64,000 nt of DNA from Candidatus Saccharimonadota bacterium (GTDB taxonomy: Bacteria > Patescibacteriota > Saccharimonadia > Saccharimonadales > JAXHMH01), in the NCBI GenBank assembly GCA_034521515.1, contig JAXHMH010000002.1, positions 437,761-501,760 of the forward strand, read 5' to 3'. The first letter of the stretch is position 1. Every line of letters starts with the position of its first letter. Below the pieces are notes generated by a model that worked only from the letters and a program-made list of their open reading frames with translations, did no database searches and was not told where the DNA came from. Positions 38,184 to 48,465 of the stretch are shown in pieces. The translations under genes and the position numbers were made by a program.

Positions 38184-38651
38184 TATAGCACAGTTGTTCT
38201 TTTGCTAACAGATGTAATGTATGGATAAGTTTTTTTACTTGGTCATCAGAAAGTGAGCTTGCGGTTGACCCCAAGATACGTCTAGCTTTTGCAACGGATA
38301 CAATCTCGACCAAGACAAAGACCTCGTCCTATTAGTTGATAGATTTGGTCTATCAAGCCAAGGAAAAGCCTCAAATAAAAAAGGTGCAAAAAGGCTTTGC
38401 TTGGCTCAATAGAGCCCCTTTCTGCACCGTTGTGCTGACGTACATTATACCATACTTAACCCTAAAATGATACAATCACAGGGTCTAGGTTTACAGTTCA
38501 CGCAGCAAGTATTGCTTGCAATTACGGTTATGCCCAATAAGGGCAGCCGTAAGCAGTAGGCGTAACCGCGTTTGCTGTAGACCTAGACAGTCCAATTGCG
38601 GCTGTCCTTTTTGTTAACGGGGCATATGCATTAAGACAGAAAGGTGATCCT

Positions 38652-38978
38652 GTGAGCAGTAAAAAGCATAGTAAATCAGTCGATGAGAAGTTTGACGAGC
38701 TTAAGACAACTCTGAGTACTGAAGACATATTTAGTAGCGTTAAAGAAAACTATGAACCAGCTCAGCACAAGCGTCCCAGTAAAGCCATGAAGATTGCTAG
38801 GGAGGGTATTGATATTATCAAAGGTCTTTTACTGATAGCCGCTATTTGTGCAGGCGTAATTCTTGCAGGTTATTTACTAGCACGAAGCCAGCCAGAAATT
38901 ATATGTAAGCAGATACCTGTAGACGGTGAAACAGTATGTAAAGAAGGAGAAAACGGTGAGTGGTACTTCCCAAGATAA
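38652..38978 (+). CDS. Small hypothetical protein with C-terminal TM helix (island cargo)
   Basis: 108-aa ORF with GTG/ATG start ambiguity. Confidence 0.35.
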   Translation: MSSKKHSKSVDEKFDELKTTLSTEDIFSSVKENYEPAQHKRPSKAMKIAREGIDIIKGLLLIAAICAGVILAGYLLARSQPEIICKQIPVDGETVCKEGENGEWYFPR

Positions 38979-39297
38979 TCAAGCATCAAAGAAGCCCAAG
39001 CGTAGGATTGGTCTTTGGGTGGTGATAGGGCTACTGCTAGTCATAGGCATAAATGGCGGAATAAAAGGTGTGCAGCGTGGTAACCAGCGTGCGGCACAGT
39101 CAGCAGCTACACGTGCAGGCTTTATGCAGGATTGTGTGACTGACCCAGAATCAGCCGCTTTCTGTGTTTGTCTATACGACACCATGGGAGAGCAGGCGAT
39201 GCTAGAGGCATACGACCGCTACAAGGCTACCAATGAATACAACAACAAGTTTAAGGCTGTTGCTGCTGATTGCACAAGACTAGAGCAGGCTGACTAG
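38956..39297 (+). CDS. Small hypothetical membrane-anchored Cys-containing protein (island cargo)
   Basis: An AAGGAG SD lies 7 nt upstream of the GTG at 38956, in frame with the 38926 ORF. It has a TM helix and 4 Cys. Confidence 0.35.
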   Translation: MSGTSQDNQASKKPKRRIGLWVVIGLLLVIGINGGIKGVQRGNQRAAQSAATRAGFMQDCVTDPESAAFCVCLYDTMGEQAMLEAYDRYKATNEYNNKFKAVAADCTRLEQAD

Positions 39298-39678
39298 TTC
39301 TTTAAGCTGCTCCGGATTCTTGTGCAGATCAACCTCAATCCTGCTGGAAAGTTTGCTGTGCTGCCCTAAGGCTGTGCGTTCATCATCGTATAGGTCGTCA
39401 TCAAACCATAGGAATGGCTGGCTAAAGTCAATTGCATCCGTCTTTGCTTGCCCCCACTCAGTAGGCTTTATACAGCCAAGCAGGGCTTGGGTTTCAGGTT
39501 TTAGGTAAGGTGCTAGGGTTTGATCTATCATATTCTCGCCATTCCAAACATGAGTGGTTAGCCAATAAGTATTGTCTGGGTACTTGGTAAGCACTGTTTG
39601 TAGAAACTCATCTGCATGTTTTGCAGGTGTTGCCATATCTGCAAGAAGTACACCGTCAATGTCTAGGTAGATATTCAT
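39280..39678 (-). CDS. HAD-like small hydrolase (DxDGVL N-terminal motif)
   Basis: MNIYLDIDGVL matches HAD motif I. The protein is 132 aa. Confidence 0.45.
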   Translation of the reverse strand: MNIYLDIDGVLLADMATPAKHADEFLQTVLTKYPDNTYWLTTHVWNGENMIDQTLAPYLKPETQALLGCIKPTEWGQAKTDAIDFSQPFLWFDDDLYDDERTALGQHSKLSSRIEVDLHKNPEQLKELVSLL

Positions 39679-39690
39679 GGTAATTCTTAA

Positions 39691-40443
39691 TTAAAGTCGT
39701 GAATTGCCTTCAGTCTTCACATCAGCCTCTATGAACTTTATAAATTCTTTAGCAAAGTCTGTTAACGCCCACCCAGTAATCTGTCCAGCACTTGAAAATC
39801 CCCAACCACCATTAATAGCAGACACTCGCCTGACCAGGCCGAGAAACTCGAGTTCATTAAGTTGATCATTCATTTTACCGAGGTTACCAGTACTATCATA
39901 TTTAGAAAAGGGCTTGGAGTTAAGCTCTTTCTGATACCACCATTCAAACGGTTGCTCAGTGCCTAAGTTTTTTTGCTCAAGCTCTGATTTAATCCTAATC
40001 TCCATTTCTGGTAGTACGCTATTCTTCACAAATGCCAATGCCCTCAGGCTAACTGGTGATATTTTTCTAAGCGTGTCGTTGTACCTTTCTAGCGGGAACT
40101 CTACCTTATCATCGCAAGCCGCAAACTCCTCAAATGCTTTGAGTGCTACACGCCTCTTCAGGAAGTCTCTGAGCTTTATATAGTCTTCTAGTGCTACGAC
40201 AAAACCATCTTGGAATTCGTCAGAGTTAACAAGCCTCTCATTAAATATAGTGGGGTTGTTTGATATTGCTTCGACCCACTCCAACGCTCGCTGCTGTCTA
40301 AGTTGAAGTGCATTGCCAAACAGGGCTTTACTTAATGCCCATGCCTGAGCAAGTCCAGGTAAGACTGACGCAGTGCTGTCAATGAGTGCGAATCCCGAAC
40401 GCTTGAGCAGATTTTTATCAGACTTGCTGTTTGATTTTGCCAT
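39691..40443 (-). CDS. Hypothetical protein (island cargo, unknown function)
   Basis: 250-aa ORF directly upstream of the HAD-like gene, so the two may form an operon. No motifs were recognised. Confidence 0.4.
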   Translation of the reverse strand: MAKSNSKSDKNLLKRSGFALIDSTASVLPGLAQAWALSKALFGNALQLRQQRALEWVEAISNNPTIFNERLVNSDEFQDGFVVALEDYIKLRDFLKRRVALKAFEEFAACDDKVEFPLERYNDTLRKISPVSLRALAFVKNSVLPEMEIRIKSELEQKNLGTEQPFEWWYQKELNSKPFSKYDSTGNLGKMNDQLNELEFLGLVRRVSAINGGWGFSSAGQITGWALTDFAKEFIKFIEADVKTEGNSRL

Positions 40444-40726
40444 ATTTACATTATAAGGGATTGTTGGAATAGGAAGACACGCTAGGGTCTATACCCATCC
40501 ACAAAGATATATATACCGCATAGTATCTTTTAGAATTGGGGGGGTGGGGCTACTTTTGTACTGCTGACTGGATAGTATTTTCTTTTCATGCAGCCCCTAT
40601 ATAACGTCAACATGCGAAAGGCGGGATACTACCGCCGAACATAAGCCCTAGTCACCGAGAGAGATCCATGTAAAAAAACTATTCAGAAAACATAAGCCAA
40701 AGAACTTGTTTACTGGGTGAGATTGG

Positions 40727-41569
40727 CTACATATTTCTCATTGCTTTCAGCTGTAATATAATTGCCTCTAAAGCGGACGAGTAAGCCTGGTGACCATCGA
40801 TGTAATTTTTTACATATTCATATGCATCATCAGGACTGCCAGCACTAGGAAAATCTAAGAAATCTAGGTCTTTGTAGTTAACCTTTATTCTCATCCAATA
40901 AAAGAAATCGGTCAGGTTAAGCGTACTGGTCGCATAATAATTGTCCCTACTAGATCTGCTTGCGGCCGTGCTATAGGTCTTGATTTTTCTTCCTGCTTTC
41001 CAGTCTTGTTCCTGGTATTCCGATATTTTCTTACGAACCGAATGTACACAATCATCAGTGAGGTAATAAGTTGGCGAGAGGTTTGCTCCAGATGCAATCT
41101 TATGTGTACGAATCATTGCAATAGTCGACTGTGTAGAGATATTAACGTTTGAGAATGCTAGTTGATTATTATTTATGAGTATACTCAAAGCCCTGCGAAC
41201 CCCTTTATGGCCTCCTCTACCAAAGCCAATCGAATTACCATTCAATAGGTAGACCATAATGCTCTCAAGGTAGTAGATTCTGTAATAGCATTTAACTGGT
41301 ATCCAGCCGACTATTATTTGAGCATATTCGTGATCAATCGAACCAGCCTTTAACTCGATTTCAATGCTTTTTGAAGTAAGGTCAGCAAGCTTTTTGAATC
41401 TATTTATGTTTGTTGTAGATAGTGCAGAAGTGGGAGTAAGAGGCGTAGTAAGCGAGAGCCCCGCGTACTGCCCAGCAATACAACGTACATAATTTAGATG
41501 TGTCTTGAATATACTTTCACTAGAACTTGGCATATATAAAATAATTATAGTGTTATCACTGCATTTCAC
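40727..41569 (-). CDS. Hypothetical protein (island cargo, unknown function)
   Basis: 280-aa ORF. No motifs were recognised. Confidence 0.4.
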   Translation of the reverse strand: MKCSDNTIIILYMPSSSESIFKTHLNYVRCIAGQYAGLSLTTPLTPTSALSTTNINRFKKLADLTSKSIEIELKAGSIDHEYAQIIVGWIPVKCYYRIYYLESIMVYLLNGNSIGFGRGGHKGVRRALSILINNNQLAFSNVNISTQSTIAMIRTHKIASGANLSPTYYLTDDCVHSVRKKISEYQEQDWKAGRKIKTYSTAASRSSRDNYYATSTLNLTDFFYWMRIKVNYKDLDFLDFPSAGSPDDAYEYVKNYIDGHQAYSSALEAIILQLKAMRNM

Positions 41570-41592
41570 CGAATTCCTATATAATCTTTACT

Positions 41593-41997
41593 ATGGGATG
41601 GCCACGAAATAGCTACACTGGTTACGGTGAAGGATCCTGTCCGGCACGAAGCGGTATGTATAAGGCCAGGCAGAGGTGCATCCTGCCAGGCCCAGGCGGA
41701 GGTGCATCTGCGGGCAGGTTGGAAGCAGTATGTATACCAGGCCAGGGTGGTGGACTATCTACCGGCCCAGGTGGTGGACTATCTACCGGCCCAGGTGGTG
41801 GACTATCTACCGGCCCAGGTGGTGGACTATCTACCGGCCCAGGTGGTGGACTGTATACTGGTCCAGGTGGCGGATTATACGCAGGCCCTAGTCCTTACTA
41901 CAGCAATATCCCGCCTCGCCATTTATATCTCGAAGAACTAAAGAGACGTGGCTTGATGCAATACTATGACTTATTAAAGCGTGCTTGGAGACTTTAG
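41593..41997 (+). CDS. Gly/Pro-rich repeat protein (GPGGGLST)n
   Basis: The ORF spans the 24-bp tandem DNA repeat. Coding status is uncertain. Confidence 0.35.
   Translation: MGWPRNSYTGYGEGSCPARSGMYKARQRCILPGPGGGASAGRLEAVCIPGQGGGLSTGPGGGLSTGPGGGLSTGPGGGLSTGPGGGLYTGPGGGLYAGPSPYYSNIPPRHLYLEELKRRGLMQYYDLLKRAWRL
41740..41883. repeat. Tandem repeat of 6 copies x 24 bp (GGCCCAGGTGGTGGACTATCTACC)
   Basis: The three central copies are identical and the terminal copies are degenerate. Confidence 0.85.
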
Positions 41998-42221
41998 TGA
42001 TTAGCCCTAGTTAAGCTTAGGCTCTTTTGAGTATGGCGATGACTCCTACTGTTAAGGGAAGGGGGTTGCTGGGATAGAACACCTCGTTACACTCGGTTAG
42101 TTCTAGTCCCAGCTCATCTTTAGCTTGAAGGAGTTCTACCCCTAATACCTGCCCCCAGCGTAATATTTCTGAACAGATGTCGTTCCAATGTGAATGTACT
42201 TGGGCTACCAAGAAAAATGCT

Positions 42222-42881
42222 TCACTTTTTGGTGGAGCTTTTTTCTTGCTCAGGATTATGAAAATAGTTGGGGCTGTCTGTCCAGTCGAGTAGCATTTGA
42301 TAGTACGGCTTAAGGTGCTTAGAGACTAAAATGGTGCGTTTTTTATCATTATGCATCTGTTTGGTGATTTTGTGTTTGCGCCAGTAATCAGACTTCTCAC
42401 CAAGATTTATAAGGATCGGTGGCAAAATTTTATCAACCGCATATACGAACTTCGCTTCCTCGTCGCGCTTGTCTTTGTAACCCCTCGCGTAGTCTATGAG
42501 CTCTGGAAAATCTGGCCATTCTTTGGCAAGCTGTTTGAGTGCTTTATCTTCCCGGTCGTTTTTAGTGGATAGCTGATCCTCGGGTGCGAAAACAAATGTA
42601 TCGCCCGCATGGAGCTCGACAATATCGTGAGCCAGCGCATACTTTAACACCTTTTCTTGACTGAGTTCGGGCGCCAGCTTTGGTGCAAGAAACCAGACGG
42701 TTAGCGCAAGCCCGTAACTATGGTCAACATCATTCTCGGGACGATTTTTATCAGCGAGGTTGAGTACTCGCTCAATGCACGCAAAATCAGCGATAAGCTG
42801 TTGGAGTTCAGCAATACGGTCGATAGATGGACGTTGCTTGGGCATACCGTAATAGTAATTGATTTGCACTTTATATAGCAA
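42222..42881 (-). CDS. HD-domain 5'-deoxynucleotidase (YfbR-like, HD_3)
   Basis: Carries ENDVDHSYGLA and ALAHDIVELHAGD motifs typical of YfbR-type HD hydrolases. Confidence 0.65.
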   Translation of the reverse strand: MLYKVQINYYYGMPKQRPSIDRIAELQQLIADFACIERVLNLADKNRPENDVDHSYGLALTVWFLAPKLAPELSQEKVLKYALAHDIVELHAGDTFVFAPEDQLSTKNDREDKALKQLAKEWPDFPELIDYARGYKDKRDEEAKFVYAVDKILPPILINLGEKSDYWRKHKITKQMHNDKKRTILVSKHLKPYYQMLLDWTDSPNYFHNPEQEKSSTKK

Positions 42882-43200
42882 AAGAGCTACAATAAAACTC
42901 TAGTATGGCAATACTAGATAACTCACCAGAAACAGAACCAGGGGCGGCCGATAGGCCGTTTTTTAATGCAAAAAGGAGCACTTATGTTTATGGAGAATAA
43001 ACCAGACAGCGATCCGGAAGAAATGGCATACGTTTTAGGAGCTGACACGGTAGAAGCAGAGGCGGCATTATATAGGCGCGGTTGTGAAGATTATTCCAGT
43101 GGTAGGTTTGATACACCTGAAGCAGTATATTATGCGGCGTTTTGGGCGCAGCATGTTGCTCGAGAGGCTGTTAAGGCAGAAGTTACGAGCCCTAAAGATA

Positions 43201-43755
43201 TTATTGTTTGAGCCAGATGGCGACGTCGTTCCAGACGGTGTCGTGTTCTTTCACCAGTTGGTCTGGCGTAGTGTTACGAACTTCTGCCATGCTCCGCTTG
43301 TCTTTTGTGAGGGTGCAGATATTAGCCCAAGAAGGGCCTGGGTAATCAGTGGGTTTTAGCAAAATAGTGCCTGGAATTTGTTTGGTGAATATTTTTTGAA
43401 CTTCTTTGTCTTGGTATACGGTTACTTGAGTTAAGATTACGCCCCGGTCTTTTACACCTTGCATTAGGCGAATAAAATCTTCTGGTTTGAACCAATGAAT
43501 CACCGACTTCATATAAGCACCTGGGAATCCATTTAATGCTGTGATTGCCCAGCTATCGTCGTTTACTAGGACGGGGTGCTGCAGCTTACGATAAATTTTT
43601 TCAGCTTTATCACGCGTGATTATCAGCTCGTCCTCACCCTGTATTTCGTCTACCTCTACCGGTTTTTGTATCAGCTTAAAACCATGCGAATTAAGTACCG
43701 TTTTAGCAGCGTTAAACTTGTCTGTATTACCTGTCGCGAAAACCAATTCTTTCAT
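43201..43755 (-). CDS. rdgB: Non-canonical purine NTP pyrophosphatase (RdgB/HAM1 family)
   Basis: FATGNTDKFNAAK and FPGAYMK motifs are present. The start is moved to the internal Met (MKELV) to avoid a long N-terminal extension overlapping tilS. Confidence 0.7.
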   Translation of the reverse strand: MKELVFATGNTDKFNAAKTVLNSHGFKLIQKPVEVDEIQGEDELIITRDKAEKIYRKLQHPVLVNDDSWAITALNGFPGAYMKSVIHWFKPEDFIRLMQGVKDRGVILTQVTVYQDKEVQKIFTKQIPGTILLKPTDYPGPSWANICTLTKDKRSMAEVRNTTPDQLVKEHDTVWNDVAIWLKQ

Positions 43756-43772
43756 TAAGGTAGAATTATAGA

Positions 43773-44765
43773 GTGGATATTGAGTTAAAGCCAGGAACAT
43801 ATGTAGTGGCCGCCAGCGGCGGAGTCGACTCAATGGTGCTTTTGCATTTGCTGATGCAAAAGTATGTAAACAGGAAACAGGAAACAGGAACTAGTGAGCT
43901 TCAAGGTAGAAAGTTGAAAGTAGAAAGTACTTTAGAACTTGATAACTTTGAAACTTTCGACTCAATGAATCGTTATCGATTCATTGTTGCTCATTTTGAT
44001 CACGGTATTCGAGAGGACTCCCACTTAGATAGGCGGCTTGTGCAAGAGGCAGCATTACGCTACGGAATTCCTTTTGTTTATGATCGGGCGCAACTTGGCT
44101 CCGATGCTAGTGAGCAAACCGCAAGGCAGGCTCGTTATGACTTTTTGCGTCGTGTGCAAAAAGTTAGCCAAGCGCGAGCGGTTATCACAGCTCATCATCA
44201 GGATGATTGGCTAGAGACGGCGATTTATAACTTGATGCGAGGTACTAATCGCAAAGGTCTAACATCGCTGGCGAGCTCTGAGTTTCTAGAGCGGCCATTG
44301 CTTGATACACCTAAAAAACAGCTGATTGATTATGCTAAACAACACAATATTGCTTGGCGTGAAGACAGCACCAATGAAGATACTAGGTTTGCTCGTAATA
44401 ATATACGTCATAACGTTCTACCTAAGCTTGGACCAGCTGGAAAGGCCAGACTACTGACAATCTTAAAAGATATGCGCAGTATTAATCAGCAGATTGACGA
44501 ACAAGTCGAGGATCTATTAAGACAAATATTACTGCCCTCTGGCTTAAAACGGGGTGATTTTATAATGTTGCCGCATGTAATTGCTCGTGAAGTTGCTGCA
44601 GCTTGGCTTAGGCAAAACAACATTCGAGATTTTGGCCAACCTTTTTTAGAACGGATGGTTAGGGCAGTAAAGGTGTTGCCAGCTGGCAAGGTTTTTGACG
44701 TTAACGCCAGATGGCAGATTAAACTCACGCACAATAAAGCGACTTTTATACCGCGCTCACACTAG
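43773..44765 (+). CDS. tilS: tRNA(Ile)-lysidine synthetase
   Basis: The PP-loop AASGGVDSMVLL is present, with a roughly 30-aa insertion after it, followed by HFDHGIR. Confidence 0.8.
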   Translation: MDIELKPGTYVVAASGGVDSMVLLHLLMQKYVNRKQETGTSELQGRKLKVESTLELDNFETFDSMNRYRFIVAHFDHGIREDSHLDRRLVQEAALRYGIPFVYDRAQLGSDASEQTARQARYDFLRRVQKVSQARAVITAHHQDDWLETAIYNLMRGTNRKGLTSLASSEFLERPLLDTPKKQLIDYAKQHNIAWREDSTNEDTRFARNNIRHNVLPKLGPAGKARLLTILKDMRSINQQIDEQVEDLLRQILLPSGLKRGDFIMLPHVIAREVAAAWLRQNNIRDFGQPFLERMVRAVKVLPAGKVFDVNARWQIKLTHNKATFIPRSH

Positions 44766-44789
44766 TAATCAGGAAACTTCATCGCTATA

Positions 44790-46673
44790 ATGGCGGTTTG
44801 TATGGATAAAAAATCGTTTAGTAAAACACCCGGAGGTGGTTCGCCGAACAATCGGCGAAACATGAAAAACATTGGCTTTATTGCCCTAATAATCCTTTTT
44901 GGCTTGATTATTTTTTCTAGTTTTGGCCAGTCTGAGGAGTTAGATGAAGTTCCGCTATCGCAGGTTATTTCTGAAGCTAACGCTGGCGAATATGACAAGA
45001 TTGTTGTACGTGGCGATGAATTGGAAATTTTTGAGGAGGGTGAAGAAGAAGCAACCCTAAGTTCACGTAAAGATCCTCAGGCAAGTCTACGTGAAGAGGG
45101 TGTAGATTATGGACAAGTTGAAGTAGTTAACGAAGAAGCATCGACTGCCGGACAGACTTGGGGCATGATAGGACTCAACTTACTACCGGTATTGTTAATC
45201 GGTGGCTTTTTATTCTTTATGTTGCGAAGTGCTCAAGGTCAGGGTAATCAGGCGATGAGCTTTGGCAAGTCAAAAGCCAGGCTTTATGGAAACGAGAAAG
45301 AAAAGGTGATGTTTAAGGATATCGCTGGCTCCGATGAATCTAAACAAGATTTACAAGAAGTTGTTGAGTTTTTGAAGTATCCAAAGAAGTTTGAAAATAT
45401 AGGTGCTCGTATACCAAAAGGCGTATTGCTAGCCGGCCCTCCGGGAACCGGTAAAACTATGCTTGCTCGAGCGGTTGCCGGCGAGGCAGATGCGCCCTTC
45501 TTCAGTATTAGCGGTTCGGAGTTTGTGGAGATGTTTGTAGGTGTTGGTGCCTCACGAGTTCGAGATCTTTTTGCTAAAGCTAAGAAAAACGCTCCGTGCA
45601 TTATATTTATTGATGAAATTGATGCAGTTGGTCGGCGCCGTGGAAGCGGCATGGGCGGCGGGCATGATGAACGTGAACAAACTTTAAACCAGATATTAGT
45701 GGAGATGGACGGGTTTGAACAGGGTACGAACGTCATTGTTCTGGCGGCAACAAACCGCGGTGACGTACTTGATCCGGCGCTACTGCGACCTGGGCGGTTT
45801 GATCGCCGCGTTAATATTTCATTACCGGATAGAAAAGATCGCGAAGCCATTTTGAAAGTACATTTTGATAAAAAGCCCCTTGCTAAAAACGTTGACCTAG
45901 ATGCACTAGCGGCTAAGACAGCTGGTAGTAGCGGTGCAGATCTGCAGAATATTGCAAATGAGTCGGCAATTGTTGCAGCGCGAAAGAGCCGCAAAGAAAT
46001 CAACCAAGACGATGTAACTGAAGCTTTTGAAAAGGTCGCTATTGGGCCGGAGCGCAAGAACAAGATTATGAGCGAAAAAGAAAAGGAGCTGACCGCCTAC
46101 CACGAGGCTGGCCATGCTATTGTTGGACACGTACTGCCTGATAGCGATATGGTACACAAAGTAACGATTATTCCACGTGGCGGTACGGGTGGAGTCACCT
46201 GGTTTATACCGCCAGAGGACAAAAGTTATCATAGCATTATTGAGTATAAAGATGTGCTGGCTCGTATGCTTGGTGGCCGTATAGCCGAGGAAGTTATTTA
46301 TGGGTTAGATAGAGTAACGACTGGCGCTGGGTCTGATTTACAGAAAGCAGCCGAACTGGCTAGAGACATGATTGTCAATCAAGGTATGGGCAAAAAGCTG
46401 CGCGATCAAGTATTTCATGTCGAAGAAGGCATGATGATTGAACGCATGGTACACGAAAAGCAATACTCAGATGAAACCGCAAAAATTATTGATGATGAAG
46501 TCGAGGATCTGATAAGCGAAGCAGCCAAACGTGCTCGGGCGGTTATTAAGGCAAATCGCGATAAACTTGAAACACTGAAGCAGTCTTTGATCGAGCAGGA
46601 GACTGTCGAGGCGGAGGTCGTCAAAGACTTGCTTAAAGACGCCAAGATGCCAAAAGAGGCCGCATTATATTAA
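44790..46673 (+). CDS. ftsH: ATP-dependent zinc metalloprotease FtsH
   Basis: Two N-terminal TM helices, AAA Walker A GPPGTGKT, the SRH motif, and the zinc site HEAGHA. Confidence 0.9.
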   Translation: MAVCMDKKSFSKTPGGGSPNNRRNMKNIGFIALIILFGLIIFSSFGQSEELDEVPLSQVISEANAGEYDKIVVRGDELEIFEEGEEEATLSSRKDPQASLREEGVDYGQVEVVNEEASTAGQTWGMIGLNLLPVLLIGGFLFFMLRSAQGQGNQAMSFGKSKARLYGNEKEKVMFKDIAGSDESKQDLQEVVEFLKYPKKFENIGARIPKGVLLAGPPGTGKTMLARAVAGEADAPFFSISGSEFVEMFVGVGASRVRDLFAKAKKNAPCIIFIDEIDAVGRRRGSGMGGGHDEREQTLNQILVEMDGFEQGTNVIVLAATNRGDVLDPALLRPGRFDRRVNISLPDRKDREAILKVHFDKKPLAKNVDLDALAAKTAGSSGADLQNIANESAIVAARKSRKEINQDDVTEAFEKVAIGPERKNKIMSEKEKELTAYHEAGHAIVGHVLPDSDMVHKVTIIPRGGTGGVTWFIPPEDKSYHSIIEYKDVLARMLGGRIAEEVIYGLDRVTTGAGSDLQKAAELARDMIVNQGMGKKLRDQVFHVEEGMMIERMVHEKQYSDETAKIIDDEVEDLISEAAKRARAVIKANRDKLETLKQSLIEQETVEAEVVKDLLKDAKMPKEAALY

Positions 46674-46839
46674 GCGCGTAGACTATTAAAAGTACAATTT
46701 TCATAAAACTATAAAAAACGTTCTAAGTTCTCACGTTCATCCTCTATAATCTAAAGCAAATGAATTGCTACAGATTATCAATAAACTGTATTTCTAAGTA
46801 CGTGCGCATAAAGGGTACGTTGTCTGCTGGGAGTCTGGT

Positions 46840-48426
46840 GTGGTAAATAGGCTATTTAGCTCCACCCCAAAACGAGCCTCCCTTGGCGGTGCTGCAGCAC
46901 TATTAATTGGTGTGGCGCTGATGGGGCAGGCACTGGGGTTCTTGCGTAACAGGCTTATTAGCACGAACTTTACCGTAGTTGATCCAGGGAGTTCTGATGC
47001 CTTTTTTGCCGCGTTTCAGATACCGGACTTTTTCTTTTATACCATTTCTGCGGGTGCGCTTGGCGTCGCATTTATACCTTTTTTATCTGACCGTTTAGCA
47101 AATGGCGACAAAAAAGGCGTCTGGCAACTGGCAAGTAGTCTACTCAACGTGCTGCTGCTGGTTATGGGTGCCGTTAGTATTATTATTTTGTTATTTGCTG
47201 AGCCGCTAATGGGTGCGCTTGCGCCGGATCTACCACAAGAGAATTTTAACCAAGCGGTGACGATTATGAGAATTATCGCTTTTAACCCATTATTGTTCGC
47301 CTTGTCCGGCATATTAACCAGTGTCCAGCAAACATTTGGACGATTTTTCTTCTACGCTATGGCACCGCTGTTTTACAACGTGTCGATTATTATCAGTGTG
47401 TATGTGTTTAGAGATAATATTGGGATAATCGGGCTTGGAATCGGAGCTTTATTTGGCGGTATATTACAGTTATCTGTTGCCTGTTTAGGTTTAATTGGGC
47501 TTGGGTTTAGGTATAAACCAACAATTGCCTGGAAGAACGCCAATTTTCGGCACATGGTTCGCCAGCTACCGCCTAGATCACTTGATCAAGGGATTGACCA
47601 AGTCAATAGTATTGTAGAGGTGAATCGTGCTCAGGCACTTGGAGTAGGTCCGGTAAGTTTTTATAATTTTGCGCTGACGCTGCAGAATGTACCGATTATG
47701 CTGGTTGGTAATGCGATTGCTATTGCTGCGTTTCCTCGCCTGACGGAGCGTTTAAGCCAGGGCAGGCCTGATTTATTCAGAAAAGACTTCCTGCAGATAT
47801 TACGAGCAATGATTTGGATGACCATGCCGGTTGTTGTGGTTGGATATTTCTCAAGAGGTTATCTTGCACGTCTTATTTTCGGTGACGTAGCACCTGAAGT
47901 TGCTTTAATATTTGGTTACCTGACTGCCTCGATATTTTTCCGAATTATTTACAGCATGCTATCGCGCTACTTTTATGCGCATAAAGACACCAAGACACCA
48001 CTGTTTGTATCGGTGTTTGCAATCGGACTTAATATATATTTGGCATTTACCTTGGCACGAGCTGATGCATACGGGATTGCTGGTTTGGCAATGGCGCAAT
48101 CAATTACTGCGGCCACAGAAGTAGGTATTTTATTCTTGATAATACTTTCTCGCGACTTTAAGTTGTTTGATGCTAAATTCTGGGGCGGTATCGTTAAAAT
48201 ATTGTCTGTTACCGGGTTTAGTATAGTGACAGCTTACGTTATGGTATCGTTCTTTCCGCTTACCACTGCAGACAGAGGTATCGTCACACTCGGCTCCAAG
48301 CTAGGGCTTATAGGTCTCTCAACCCTACTTGTGCATACCTCAATTTCAGCGTTGTTTGGACTTGAAGAGGCAAAAAATGTGTTAACCAAAGCCAAACAGT
48401 TTATATGGCGCCCGGTTAAAGTCTAG
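46840..48426 (+). CDS. murJ: Lipid II flippase MurJ (MviN family)
   Basis: 528 aa with about 14 TM helices and a MurJ-type N-terminus (LGFLRNRLIS). Confidence 0.8.
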   Translation: MVNRLFSSTPKRASLGGAAALLIGVALMGQALGFLRNRLISTNFTVVDPGSSDAFFAAFQIPDFFFYTISAGALGVAFIPFLSDRLANGDKKGVWQLASSLLNVLLLVMGAVSIIILLFAEPLMGALAPDLPQENFNQAVTIMRIIAFNPLLFALSGILTSVQQTFGRFFFYAMAPLFYNVSIIISVYVFRDNIGIIGLGIGALFGGILQLSVACLGLIGLGFRYKPTIAWKNANFRHMVRQLPPRSLDQGIDQVNSIVEVNRAQALGVGPVSFYNFALTLQNVPIMLVGNAIAIAAFPRLTERLSQGRPDLFRKDFLQILRAMIWMTMPVVVVGYFSRGYLARLIFGDVAPEVALIFGYLTASIFFRIIYSMLSRYFYAHKDTKTPLFVSVFAIGLNIYLAFTLARADAYGIAGLAMAQSITAATEVGILFLIILSRDFKLFDAKFWGGIVKILSVTGFSIVTAYVMVSFFPLTTADRGIVTLGSKLGLIGLSTLLVHTSISALFGLEEAKNVLTKAKQFIWRPVKV

Positions 48427-48465
48427 TTCGAAAACCTGCGTCACCTCTGTTATACTCTGTAGACG

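Larger units (their letters stand above)
36573..42000. mobile_element. Putative integrated element / genomic island next to tRNA-fMet (serine recombinase + unknown cargo)
   Basis: The recombinase abuts the tRNA. The cargo is orphan ORFs, AT-rich, with a tandem repeat. The distal boundary is not defined; no att repeat was found by eye. Confidence 0.45.

Noticed and set aside
43866-43890. AGGAAAC x3 micro-repeat inside tilS
   Set aside because: It is a short in-frame triplet-compatible repeat encoding NRKQETGT within an insertion of TilS. It is too short to call a feature.
45284-46232. Long antisense ORFs (259 aa and 108 aa) inside ftsH; likewise 53570..54241 inside dnaK, 55686..56363 inside dnaJ and 2226..2636 inside mazG
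   Set aside because: These are shadow ORFs opposite highly conserved genes. Their composition is Ser/Ala/Arg-rich in the way reverse-frame artefacts usually are.
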